Positions 34,624 through 43,844 of a DNA stretch of 47,476 nt are shown here, in pieces. Made by a program: the position numbers and the translations under genes. This stretch comes from a virus. The notes beneath the pieces are model-generated. The model was not told the origin of the DNA and did not search any database. It saw only the letters and a list, made by a program, of their open reading frames with translations. Where the stretch lies: IMG/VR virus record IMGVR_UViG_3300027863_001490; one strand, given 5' to 3'. Each line of letters opens with the position of its first letter. Within the stretch, counting starts at the first letter, position 1.

Positions 34624-36794
34624 GCTCTGATGATCGCTATTTTAATTTCAATAGCCGCGTTTACGAAAACAGTTTGGGCAAAGAAATCATTGCTGTTTCT
34701 ACTGGCAGAAGCAACCTCGGCGGTTTGCTCTGGTGGATGGACCAACTCGATTTCGTTGACATCGCCGATTTAGCTGACAGAATCAGCGCAAAATTCACCT
34801 TTTTTGATTCAGCTTCAAGAAAATGCAGTTTAGAATCGCTTTCTCGCCCCCAAAATATCCGTGAAGACGAAATAAGCGCTGTTATGGGTTACTGTTGCCC
34901 TAAATGTGGCAAACTGGTTCCCATTATGGCTGATTCAGAGAGAAAATTTTGCTCTTGCGACTCGGAAAACGAATTGACATATTTACTTATCTTTGATAAG
35001 TTGTGGGAACTTAATATTATTCCTACTCCCGAGGCCGTGTTGATGTTTCTGGCTTGGGATTACCTCGCAGACGCTTATGTTGATGCTTATTCGGCGTTTC
35101 AGCGGGTTTTAGCTGCCCTCGTTAAGCAGTATGGTTTGAATAATGCTTTCCAGTTTATCGATGCCGACTTTAAGGATCGCTTAGATTCGATATTTCTCTA
35201 TGTTGATTCGGGGGATGTCCGCATGAGTAAGGAGGAGCGGGAGATTTTGATGTTTCTTCCTCGTGGTGCCTTCGCTAATATTGGTTTTGCTGAAGCTGAA
35301 GAGTTCATTCGCGCCGCTATGGATGTCTGCAAATATGGTTATCTCGCCAACAAATTGTTTTGTGCTGGCGCCGACGTTCAATATGAAGTTGCAAGAGCCA
35401 AGTTTTCTCATCTCTATAATCCGTTGAATGAAAAGATTCGGCGTGCATTGGTGATTACTAGGGCTGAACGGGGTAAACGGAGCATCGAGTATTTGCGGTT
35501 ACAGAAGGATGGTAAAGACCTTGATGTTTTCTTTCCCTGTTACATGTTGGATAACCGTTACTGGTCAACTGGTAAGCTTTCCAAAAACCTTATTCTTAAA
35601 CCTGTTGAGGATATGCCTATTTTCACTACTTACAAGGACTGCGCTGTTAATCTTTGTGTGGCGCCTTCTGGCAAAGGTAAAAGCACGCTTATGGCTGCGA
35701 ATATTGCTTATGCCTTCACTCAGAAGGAGCTTATCTTAAGCGTTTTAGGCGATGAATCGAATAGTCTTTCTTTGGCGTCGTTGCCTCTTTTCCATTGTAA
35801 AGGCAGAAGTGGCTCGTTGCTGGAGTCTTTGGCAAAGACTGGGGTGAAGCCGAGTGGGATTCCGACTTTAACGTTGACTTTTCTGCGTGAAAACGAATCC
35901 ATCGACAAAGACAACTATGAAGCGAACCCGCCGACGATTTTTGATCGGATCGTGCGGATCAGGGAGCCTTGGGATTTTGGCTTAAAATTCCATAACAAAG
36001 ACAAAGCAGTTCGCGAAGGCAAAGAAAGCCCCGGAATCCTCGATGTGCTAAACGAAATCGCGGTGTCTATGGGGTATAAAGCTGACTGTGATTATGGTTT
36101 AGTTAACGTTCGCAACTTAAGCCGGTACAGCACCGACGATGACAAGGAAGGCGCTGATGCAGATATTGAGGTCGCCACGACTTTTATGCAGAAATTCGCT
36201 GTTTGGCGTGAAAACTGTAAAGACCCCGCTTGCCGTCTCGTAGCTGATGAAGCCAGTTATTTGGCGCCTTCAACCTATAATGTTGCGGGTAAGGATACTT
36301 CGAAAAGCAGCGGCATGTTGACTAACACGATTAAGAAGGTGCGTAAGAAGCGGACCAGCTTCGATTTGGGCACACAGAAATACAGCGAAATTAACACCGA
36401 AGTCAAAGTTCAGGCTTTCAATGTTTATTTCCGTGAGTTGCCTCAGTCTGGGGATAAGAGTCGTAGTCAAAGGGATTTGGTGCTTGAAAGTTTATCTTTG
36501 AAGGAAGGCAAATCGGAGAGGGAACTGATTTCTTCGCTTATGGAGAAGAGTGTTTTTCCTGATGACGAGTTTTTCTGGTTTTACTGGAATCAACTTGAGA
36601 AGCGTATTCGAGTAGTTAAGCCGACTGTGCCTTTTTTTATGATTAACCAGCCGCATCTTACTAACCGAGAGATTTTCCGTGAATACGAAAAGTTAACTGG
36701 CGCCAAGGTTTTGCTGGATTCATGGGATGAAGTGCCAGCTTTGAAGTACAAGAACGATGTTTACACGCCGAACCAGTACACGTTCAGAGTTTAA
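34620..36794 (+). CDS. FtsK/HerA-superfamily P-loop ATPase with long Zn-finger-containing N-terminal region
   Basis: Walker A APSGKGKST, Walker B RLVADEA, VRKKRTSFDLGTQ (Arg finger/Gln motif); CPKCG..CSC. Confidence 0.85.
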   Translation: MSSDDRYFNFNSRVYENSLGKEIIAVSTGRSNLGGLLWWMDQLDFVDIADLADRISAKFTFFDSASRKCSLESLSRPQNIREDEISAVMGYCCPKCGKLVPIMADSERKFCSCDSENELTYLLIFDKLWELNIIPTPEAVLMFLAWDYLADAYVDAYSAFQRVLAALVKQYGLNNAFQFIDADFKDRLDSIFLYVDSGDVRMSKEEREILMFLPRGAFANIGFAEAEEFIRAAMDVCKYGYLANKLFCAGADVQYEVARAKFSHLYNPLNEKIRRALVITRAERGKRSIEYLRLQKDGKDLDVFFPCYMLDNRYWSTGKLSKNLILKPVEDMPIFTTYKDCAVNLCVAPSGKGKSTLMAANIAYAFTQKELILSVLGDESNSLSLASLPLFHCKGRSGSLLESLAKTGVKPSGIPTLTLTFLRENESIDKDNYEANPPTIFDRIVRIREPWDFGLKFHNKDKAVREGKESPGILDVLNEIAVSMGYKADCDYGLVNVRNLSRYSTDDDKEGADADIEVATTFMQKFAVWRENCKDPACRLVADEASYLAPSTYNVAGKDTSKSSGMLTNTIKKVRKKRTSFDLGTQKYSEINTEVKVQAFNVYFRELPQSGDKSRSQRDLVLESLSLKEGKSERELISSLMEKSVFPDDEFFWFYWNQLEKRIRVVKPTVPFFMINQPHLTNREIFREYEKLTGAKVLLDSWDEVPALKYKNDVYTPNQYTFRV

Positions 36795-36809
36795 AAGAAT
36801 TTTTGGAAT

Positions 36810-36891
36810 GAGTAGGGGTCAGCCGGTTTGGAGAGGGCTTCAGGTTAATGCGTGGAACCTTTCGCCTAGAGAACCGTGCTGGCCTGTACTC
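36810..36891 (+). ncRNA. 82-nt long imperfect hairpin, candidate structured RNA or cis-signal
   Basis: GAGTAGGGGTCAGCCGGTT pairs with AACCGTGCTGGCCTGTACTC; inner GGC/GCC and AGGTT/AACCT stems. Confidence 0.4.
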
Positions 36892-36992
36892 TAAAAGAAA
36901 AATGTTGCTTTTTTTGTACGCAAAAATTATATAGCTGAAACAGCAATATTCCACGTGTCAAGTGGCTGTTTAGGTACGAAAAGGTGACTAAA

Positions 36993-37100
36993 ATGGAGAA
37001 AAAATTCCGAATACCGCACCGAAAAATAGACAGGGAAAAACCGATAGTGGACCAGCTAGAAGCTGTAGCTGTTGCACTAGAAATCGGCGTTAACCTCTGA
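36993..37100 (+). CDS. 35-aa hypothetical peptide (not in ORF track)
   Basis: AGGTGA RBS-like site upstream. Confidence 0.4.
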   Translation: MEKKFRIPHRKIDREKPIVDQLEAVAVALEIGVNL

Positions 37101-37734
37101 TTCTGCTTTGCCTCTCGAACCTGTCATTCTCCACTGACCCTTCTAAACCTGAATTGTAGGTGCCGTGAAAAATTGCGTCATAGCACCCCATCGATTGGTG
37201 CCTTTCTTGGCTTGTCCCGTAGATGCCGACTGGTAACGGGTCATAATTTGGGGTTTTCACGGTTAACAAATTCCTGAAAAGGGCTTTGGGGTCGAGTAGC
37301 TGCTTGATTTGCCCGGGTGAGACGACGGGTTTGAGGCTCCAAGGTTTTTTCATAATAAAGTCGTAATCGAATTTGTATTTTTGGAAGGCTTCTGGCGTTA
37401 AAAATGTGGCTGCTTTGATTTTTGTTGTTTCGGTTTTTGGGTTGTAGAGGATTTTGGCTTTGACTTCGGGGATTCTGTTTGTGTGTATGTGGGATTCGTG
37501 GTAGTTGATCATTGCTCTTATGTAGCGTCCAGCTAAGTGTCGGTCTAGGCTGATTTCGGTTAATAGTTGCTGGTTGTGGTCGAGGTAGATTTGTTTGGCT
37601 GCTTCTCCGAAGATGTCTATGAGGTGTTGGGCTGAGGTTGGCCATTCGTGGAGCCGCATTATTGGGGTGTTTCGGATTTTGTGGGTGCGTTTGCCTAATC
37701 GGATGATTTTTGCGTAGAGGGTAAATTCTGGCAT
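37090..37734 (-). CDS. Hypothetical protein
   Basis: 214-aa ORF, GATTTTTCT motif upstream. Confidence 0.65.
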   Translation of the reverse strand: MPEFTLYAKIIRLGKRTHKIRNTPIMRLHEWPTSAQHLIDIFGEAAKQIYLDHNQQLLTEISLDRHLAGRYIRAMINYHESHIHTNRIPEVKAKILYNPKTETTKIKAATFLTPEAFQKYKFDYDFIMKKPWSLKPVVSPGQIKQLLDPKALFRNLLTVKTPNYDPLPVGIYGTSQERHQSMGCYDAIFHGTYNSGLEGSVENDRFERQSRIRG

Positions 37735-37887
37735 GTTGGTTCTATGAGAAAAATCAATCTTGACGTTTATTCATGGGTGGGGGTGAATGGCGTTCATAGG
37801 GAGGTATGAATTAGCCCAAAATTAGTTTAACAGAAGAAAAACCCTGTTTTTTGATTTTTCTTTTGCCAGTATAAACACCGTTTCCCC

Positions 37888-37918
37888 TTCGGCGATGAAC
37901 CCCGCCCGGCGAGCCGAA
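37888..37918 (+). promoter_or_regulatory. Candidate kink-turn hairpin
   Basis: TTCGGC/GCCGAA C-stem, GAT bulge, tandem GA/GA, short NC stem. Confidence 0.35.
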
Positions 37919-37944
37919 AAAGAGCATTTTTCTTTTGATTAATC

Positions 37945-38457
37945 TTGCAACGCAAAAACGTCTTTGCCATAGTTTTGCTTGTATTGGGTGCTGTGTTGCT
38001 GTTTTTCAGTGTGCACAGCGCTTTCTATGTTGGCGCCCCTTGGTTCAATGAGCGAGCGAATGAGGCTTGGCATATGAACAATTATTTTGTTGTGCCGGGT
38101 CTTGTGGCTTTCATCGGTTTCGCTTTTGTTCCTTGGCTTTTCGGCGGCGTCTTTATGGGTGCTTTTGTTGTGGCTGTTTTTTGTTTAAAGGGCAAAAAGC
38201 GGAAGTGGCTAATCGTTTTGGGGTTGGCGATGGCGGGGTTGATTGCTTTAGGCTTTAACACGTTCGATTTTATGTTGGGATGTTTCTATTGGACCAACAT
38301 GGCCGAGCCGGCGCCGGTGCTTGTGGATTTGGTGTTTTGTGCTTTCTATGTGAATGCGTGGGATTTCTACTTTTTTGGTTTTTTGATGCCGCTTCTTGCG
38401 GGGGGATTCTGTTTTGGGGCTTCGGCGGCTTTGGCGTTTTCTAAGGTGAAGATTTAG
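37945..38457 (+). CDS. Multi-pass membrane protein
   Basis: 4-5 TM segments. Confidence 0.75.
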   Translation: MQRKNVFAIVLLVLGAVLLFFSVHSAFYVGAPWFNERANEAWHMNNYFVVPGLVAFIGFAFVPWLFGGVFMGAFVVAVFCLKGKKRKWLIVLGLAMAGLIALGFNTFDFMLGCFYWTNMAEPAPVLVDLVFCAFYVNAWDFYFFGFLMPLLAGGFCFGASAALAFSKVKI

Positions 38458-38491
38458 CTTTTTTCTTTCAAAGGATAGTGAGTTCCAGAAT

Positions 38492-38710
38492 ATGTTAAAA
38501 AATACAAAACTTGGCGTTGCTCTTCTAATTATCGGTTCTGTCTTGCTGGGCTACAAAGCCACTGAAATCGCTATTGTTCTCCAAAAAGTTACTGGTCAAA
38601 ATTCTGGTCTTGTGCTTTCACCAATAACTATTCCGATTTTGCTGTGTGGAACCGTATTGTTTGAGTTGGGCATCTACATTCTTGTTAAAGCTAAAGTATT
38701 CAAGAAATAG
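38492..38710 (+). CDS. Small two-TM hairpin protein
   Basis: Two hydrophobic helices, basic termini. Confidence 0.7.
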   Translation: MLKNTKLGVALLIIGSVLLGYKATEIAIVLQKVTGQNSGLVLSPITIPILLCGTVLFELGIYILVKAKVFKK

Positions 38711-38751
38711 TTGCCTGTCTTTTCTCTTTTTTCTTTTAGGAATGGATTCGC

Positions 38752-40668
38752 TTGAAGCATGGAAAATTATACGGGTTCGGCGCTGTTTTTCTCATCGTTT
38801 TAACTCTTGCTGGATTATACATTTACGATCCAGCAATTTTCAGTAATTCACAGCAAAACACAACTTTGAGTATCAGCCAAATCAACGTTGACCCCCAAGG
38901 TTCACCAGTCGGTAACGAATGGAAAGGAAGCTTCTGGAATCTCTTAGTGTACGTGAACGCTAACGACGATATAGCTGGCGTAATTTTGCCTAAAGGTCAA
39001 ACTGGCTCCATCACTTACCAAGGCGCTGTCGAAGCCTTAAAAACAGGTGCTAAAGTCGAAATAAAAATTGATCCACAGCAACCCTATTTGATCCGTGATC
39101 TTCAAGAAAAATATGCTATGCCCGCCCCCGGCGCTGTCGGAGTTGCCACATCAACCACACAGCTTGATCTACGTTACTATGGTTGGGGTGAGGCAACTTG
39201 GCGAATTTACACGCCTTTTACCGTGTCAATCTATAAAGACGGCGTTTTAGTTGGCCAGACAACTTTGAATGATCAGGGACAGAGCTCGGTTCAATCAGTC
39301 AGTACCTCCGAAGGTGCTGTTAGAATCGAAAACCTTGGGCTTCTAGGCGGCAGCTACACGTCGCCGAATACTCCTAGCCAAATCTGCATCCTCAAAGGAT
39401 ACCCCAACGTCTACGACTTAACCCAAGTAAACAGCATCATAAGCGGCACTTATGGAAACTACTGGTTCGGCACTAGACGTGAAGGTAACAACGTCGCAGT
39501 TAACCCGACAATGGTTTACCCGGGGTTGCTAATTGGCAACGTTTACCCGCCGTCTACAATCGGCGGCTGGAAAAGCCTCAACAGCGGCGGCAGCGATGTA
39601 GGCGGCAAAGTTGACCCTGTAAAACCCGTAATTAGCAGCGGCGAAAAATCTTCTTTGCCGTCTGATAAACAAAAATATTCTTCTTTAACTGAATACATTG
39701 CTGGCTCGGGAATAGCTGACCTTGCAAATAGTCTTTTCCAGTCACGCGCCGCTGGCTTTTCAGGTGCTTTATGGCAAAAAGTCAGTCTTGTAACAGATAC
39801 TAACGGACAAACTGCTTTGAAACTTGACATTCCTTGGAGTGCCTTCGGTACACCCCTCGTGAATATTCGGGTTCCAACAGAACTCGCAGACACCTTCGTT
39901 GAGCAACCTATTGTAACAAGCACTCAAGTGTCGGCGGTTTGGCAAACATCAGGGACCGCATACGGTGACATTTCTGGGAGTTTACGTATTGCTTGCACCG
40001 TAACCAACACTGGAACAGTAACAGGTAGCACCATGCTTTCGGTTTCTTCTGGAAACAGCAAGCTTTCACTTACACCCCTAACCCAAACAGTAAATAACCT
40101 TCAACCTAACGTTCCCCAAACAGTTTACTTCGATGCAACCAACCTCGGCGTCGAAAACGAAATCTCAAATATACCCGTCACAATAATCGCCAAAGATACC
40201 TACACTGGCTCAGAAACAGGTCGCTGCACCCTCTACGGAACATTATTATCTACTTTAACGCCGGGAACAACAACTCTCAGCATAAACGTCTATGAAAAAG
40301 GAACAACGACACCCGCGCCTAATCTGCAATTATCTGTTCAATATGGCACACAAACATTAACTCCAGTAACAGACGCTAACGGTGGGACTGGCGGCTTAAC
40401 TTTGACGACTCCGCAAGGCGGCGCCTTCGTTGGTTCTGTGCTCATCACCAGCATGGAGACTTCTACCTATAAAGCTGGAACAATGACTTACCAGATTAAC
40501 CAAGCGGGTGCCTACATTGCAACTTACGAAGTAGAACGCAAAGATACCCAATACATCGATTGGGTGTTAATTGCCATTATAGTCATAATTGTGGTGGTCT
40601 TTGTCGCCATCATCGGCGGGGGCGTCTATGCGTTGCGGAAAAATAAGCATGGTGGAAAACATCGTTAG
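38752..40668 (+). CDS. Putative fusexin (Fsx1/HAP2-like class II membrane fusogen)
   Basis: N-terminal signal/anchor, beta-rich ectodomain with collinear blocks resembling archaeal Fsx1 as recalled, Ig-like domains, single C-terminal TM; the CDS is certain, the family call is unverified. Confidence 0.65.
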   Translation: MKHGKLYGFGAVFLIVLTLAGLYIYDPAIFSNSQQNTTLSISQINVDPQGSPVGNEWKGSFWNLLVYVNANDDIAGVILPKGQTGSITYQGAVEALKTGAKVEIKIDPQQPYLIRDLQEKYAMPAPGAVGVATSTTQLDLRYYGWGEATWRIYTPFTVSIYKDGVLVGQTTLNDQGQSSVQSVSTSEGAVRIENLGLLGGSYTSPNTPSQICILKGYPNVYDLTQVNSIISGTYGNYWFGTRREGNNVAVNPTMVYPGLLIGNVYPPSTIGGWKSLNSGGSDVGGKVDPVKPVISSGEKSSLPSDKQKYSSLTEYIAGSGIADLANSLFQSRAAGFSGALWQKVSLVTDTNGQTALKLDIPWSAFGTPLVNIRVPTELADTFVEQPIVTSTQVSAVWQTSGTAYGDISGSLRIACTVTNTGTVTGSTMLSVSSGNSKLSLTPLTQTVNNLQPNVPQTVYFDATNLGVENEISNIPVTIIAKDTYTGSETGRCTLYGTLLSTLTPGTTTLSINVYEKGTTTPAPNLQLSVQYGTQTLTPVTDANGGTGGLTLTTPQGGAFVGSVLITSMETSTYKAGTMTYQINQAGAYIATYEVERKDTQYIDWVLIAIIVIIVVVFVAIIGGGVYALRKNKHGGKHR

Positions 40669-40682
40669 GAAGGGGTTAAGTC

Positions 40683-42044
40683 ATGCGTTTTGCCCCTAAA
40701 TTTTTTCTTGTTTTAGCAACTCTTTTTCTAAGCGTCGGCGTCGTATTGACTGGTTCGCTTGGTTACGCTCAACTTAACGGTTTAAGCTTAACAGGAGACA
40801 CCTACACCGTAAACTTTGACAGCGGCAACGGGTTTTCTCCTAGCTCCATCACGATTAACCGAGGAGACTTAGTTTATGTCGATTGGCCGCTTGAATCATA
40901 CACAATTTCTTATCCTGAAACTGCTACAGTAGAAATTTCTTGGAGCCTCGACGGTCACTATTTTGGAAGCACCGAAATAAGCGACGCAATAACTTTTACG
41001 CCGAAAACTAACCAGTATGGACTCACAGTTAACGGTTTAGTCCAATTCGACATTGCAGGCAAACACACGCTTTCTCTATATGTGGTTTGGGTTGGTCAAG
41101 AGGGGACGCCGTATTACTCGGGAACTTTTAGTTGCGAAGTCACCGTTAACGCTCCCGCCGTCAAGAAATCTTTGTCTCTTGCGGTTTCAGGCGAAGGAAG
41201 CTTGTATGCGGGTCCGTCATCTACCACTTGGGAAGTCACGATTTACGCTGGCGACTCTTCTACAAAGGTCTACGAGAGGGATCAATACTCGCTTGTTTAC
41301 CTCGAAGCCAGACCAACAGTTGGCTGGCGTTTTCTGTATTGGCTAATGAATGACGGTTCGCAGCGTACAAGCCAAGACATAGGCGTTGTCCTCGACGATG
41401 ACATGAGTGCGTTAGCTGTTTTCGGTCAACAAGCAGTTTTAACGGTTTCAACTGACGGTTTAGGCTACGTGACTGTTTCGCCTCCCATTGACCCGGGCGC
41501 CAGCAACGTTGACACAGTTTCTGCGGGGCAATCCAAACTTTTCCAGCATGACTTTGGAACACAAATCACGCTTTATGCTTGGCCATTAAGCAACTGTGCC
41601 TTTGACCATTGGATTCTCCCCGATGGCTCAACAAGCACAAGTAACCCCGTTTCGTTTACTTTGTCTTCTGACAGTTCTGTTCAAGCCGTTTTCCGTTATG
41701 GGTCTTCATCAACGCCTAACCCAACGGTTTCACCTACAGATCAGCCTTACCCCACTTTGGAGCCCACCGTAGCGCCGACAGTAGCTCCCACAGTTGAACC
41801 TACCCCTATTCCAACGGTGACTCCGCAACCAACACTTTACCCCACTCCCTCTCCAACTCCTACACTGCAACCCACCACCTCAGTTAACCCATCCGCTTCC
41901 CCCTCGCCGACGCCTTCAACAATCAACTTTTTTATCCCAAAAACTTACAGGACACTCGCATGGATTAGTGGCTTCGCATCTTTGGGTTTAAGCGGCGTCT
42001 GCTTTACATTCTTCAAGTTGACTTTGCCCCGTCGCCGCAGCTAG
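40683..42044 (+). CDS. Surface protein paralog A: Ig-like domain, two InlB B-repeats, PT linker, TM
   Basis: [30 protein letters not shown] then TM. Confidence 0.85.
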   Translation: MRFAPKFFLVLATLFLSVGVVLTGSLGYAQLNGLSLTGDTYTVNFDSGNGFSPSSITINRGDLVYVDWPLESYTISYPETATVEISWSLDGHYFGSTEISDAITFTPKTNQYGLTVNGLVQFDIAGKHTLSLYVVWVGQEGTPYYSGTFSCEVTVNAPAVKKSLSLAVSGEGSLYAGPSSTTWEVTIYAGDSSTKVYERDQYSLVYLEARPTVGWRFLYWLMNDGSQRTSQDIGVVLDDDMSALAVFGQQAVLTVSTDGLGYVTVSPPIDPGASNVDTVSAGQSKLFQHDFGTQITLYAWPLSNCAFDHWILPDGSTSTSNPVSFTLSSDSSVQAVFRYGSSSTPNPTVSPTDQPYPTLEPTVAPTVAPTVEPTPIPTVTPQPTLYPTPSPTPTLQPTTSVNPSASPSPTPSTINFFIPKTYRTLAWISGFASLGLSGVCFTFFKLTLPRRRS

Positions 42045-42091
42045 TCTTCCTTTCTTTTTTCTTTTGATGCAAAAAATGGGAGTGTCTATTC

Positions 42092-43498
42092 TTGAAGTCT
42101 GGCGCTAAAGTTTTCGTTTCAGTCGGCGCCGTTCTCTTTCTAATCGGAGCCGTATTATGTGGTTCCTTCCTTTATGCTCAAGCTAAAGGCTTAAGTCTTT
42201 TCGGTGACACCTACACCGTAAATTTTGTCGTCACTGGAACTCAGTGGCAGCAAACTGTGGGTTACGGCGATAACTGGTTCCAATATGAAGTAGGCTCTTT
42301 TGACTCTGCAAGCATCAACATCGCCCCCGGCGACTCCGTTTATTTTAACGTTCCAATAGGCGCTTACAGAAGCGGCGACGCCCTAATGTATCAGGTTTTG
42401 TGGGCTGTCTACAGTGGCGTCTCAGAAATCGGCGGCAACGTCAAACCTGACAGTCAAATCCCCGGCGAATACACCGCTAACGAGTACGGCGAAATTGCAA
42501 ACGCCAAAATGACTTTTCCAGCGGCAGGAACATACGATGTCCACTTGGTCTGTTACTCATACGGTCTTTATAGCGGTCCAAGCGCAACCATCACCGTAAA
42601 CGTTGTTGCACCACAGGTTTACAAAACGATCACCGTTGGCATTTCTGGGCAAGGCATGGTTACTGGCGGCTTGACTTCTGCAAAAATCAGTTCACCCGCC
42701 GAAAACCGCTTCGACGTGCATTCTGGCGACCCAAATTATGTCCGTGAATATCAACAGTTTTCTCTTCTCGACTTTACCGCTGGAGCTTACTCTGGCTACA
42801 AATTCGACCATTGGCTACTAAACGATGGCAGCACAAAAACCGACAACCCAATCAGCATCATCTTAGAGAACGACATGAGCATCCAAGCAATCTTTACGAG
42901 TCAAGGAGTCTTAACTGCCATGAGCGTCGGAAACGGCTACTTCACGATTTTTCCCGGCGTAACTGATCCGCACGCCGCGCAGGATATTGTTTATGCGGGT
43001 CAAACTAAGACTTTCCAGCATGACGCTGGCACCCAAATTGAGTTAGCTGCCTTCGGAAACAGCGGTTCACAGTTTGACCATTGGGTTCTGCCTGATGGTC
43101 GAACTTCAACGAGTTACACTGAATCCTTCACTATGGGTAGCACTGGAACCGTGATTGCTTATTTCACTTCAACATCTTCTCCAACTGCTACCCCAACTCA
43201 AACGCCGTCTCCAACTGAAACGCCTTACCCAACTTTGCCGCCTGAGACGCCTTTGCCGACTGCGGAGCCAACGCCGATTCCAACAAACACGGCTCAACCA
43301 ACAGTAACGCCGACCCCCACGCCGACTGCGGCGCCGACAAGTAACCCGACGCAGCAGCCAACGCCTACCCCGACGATTCAGCCTTCGAATCCGACTTTCT
43401 GGATTCCAAAAGGATACCGCTTCTATGCGTTGCTCGCAGGCATCTTTAGCTTATTCGGTAGCGCCTTCTGTTTCGTAATCGCCAAAAAGTACGGTTAA
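42092..43498 (+). CDS. Surface protein paralog B
   Basis: [30 protein letters not shown] then TM. Confidence 0.85.
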   Translation: MKSGAKVFVSVGAVLFLIGAVLCGSFLYAQAKGLSLFGDTYTVNFVVTGTQWQQTVGYGDNWFQYEVGSFDSASINIAPGDSVYFNVPIGAYRSGDALMYQVLWAVYSGVSEIGGNVKPDSQIPGEYTANEYGEIANAKMTFPAAGTYDVHLVCYSYGLYSGPSATITVNVVAPQVYKTITVGISGQGMVTGGLTSAKISSPAENRFDVHSGDPNYVREYQQFSLLDFTAGAYSGYKFDHWLLNDGSTKTDNPISIILENDMSIQAIFTSQGVLTAMSVGNGYFTIFPGVTDPHAAQDIVYAGQTKTFQHDAGTQIELAAFGNSGSQFDHWVLPDGRTSTSYTESFTMGSTGTVIAYFTSTSSPTATPTQTPSPTETPYPTLPPETPLPTAEPTPIPTNTAQPTVTPTPTPTAAPTSNPTQQPTPTPTIQPSNPTFWIPKGYRFYALLAGIFSLFGSAFCFVIAKKYG

Positions 43499-43521
43499 CC
43501 CTATTTTTCTTTTGTGTCAAT

Positions 43522-43815
43522 ATGGGTTTAGGTAAAGTATTCGGCGTCGTCATGCTTGTTTACGGAGTTGCTTGCATAATTTTTGATTACGTCGGCTTCG
43601 TATTTTCGACGATCCCGAATCTTGGCGTTTTCGGCAGTTGGCTCTTTAACCCGCTTGGCATGGCTTTCAGTAACATAATCACTTCGAATCTTGTAGGCGG
43701 CAACCCAATTTTGGGGTTGGGAAGCTCAGGGATCGCTTGGGCTGTCGGCGGCGTCTTAGCGTTTTTCTGGATTTCCATAATGCTGTTTTTCGGGTCCAAA
43801 CTGGTTAGGCGTTGA
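43522..43815 (+). CDS. Small Gly-rich membrane protein
   Basis: Hydrophobic throughout. Confidence 0.75.
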   Translation: MGLGKVFGVVMLVYGVACIIFDYVGFVFSTIPNLGVFGSWLFNPLGMAFSNIITSNLVGGNPILGLGSSGIAWAVGGVLAFFWISIMLFFGSKLVRR

Positions 43816-43844
43816 CTTTCCATTTTTCTTTTAAGTGAATTATC

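Noticed and set aside
43200-43390. Pro/Thr repeats as DNA-level functional repeats
   Set aside because: Low-complexity coding stalks of surface proteins
40683-43498. Diversity-generating retroelement acting on the adhesin paralogs
   Set aside because: No reverse transcriptase and no near-identical TR/VR pair with adenine-specific differences
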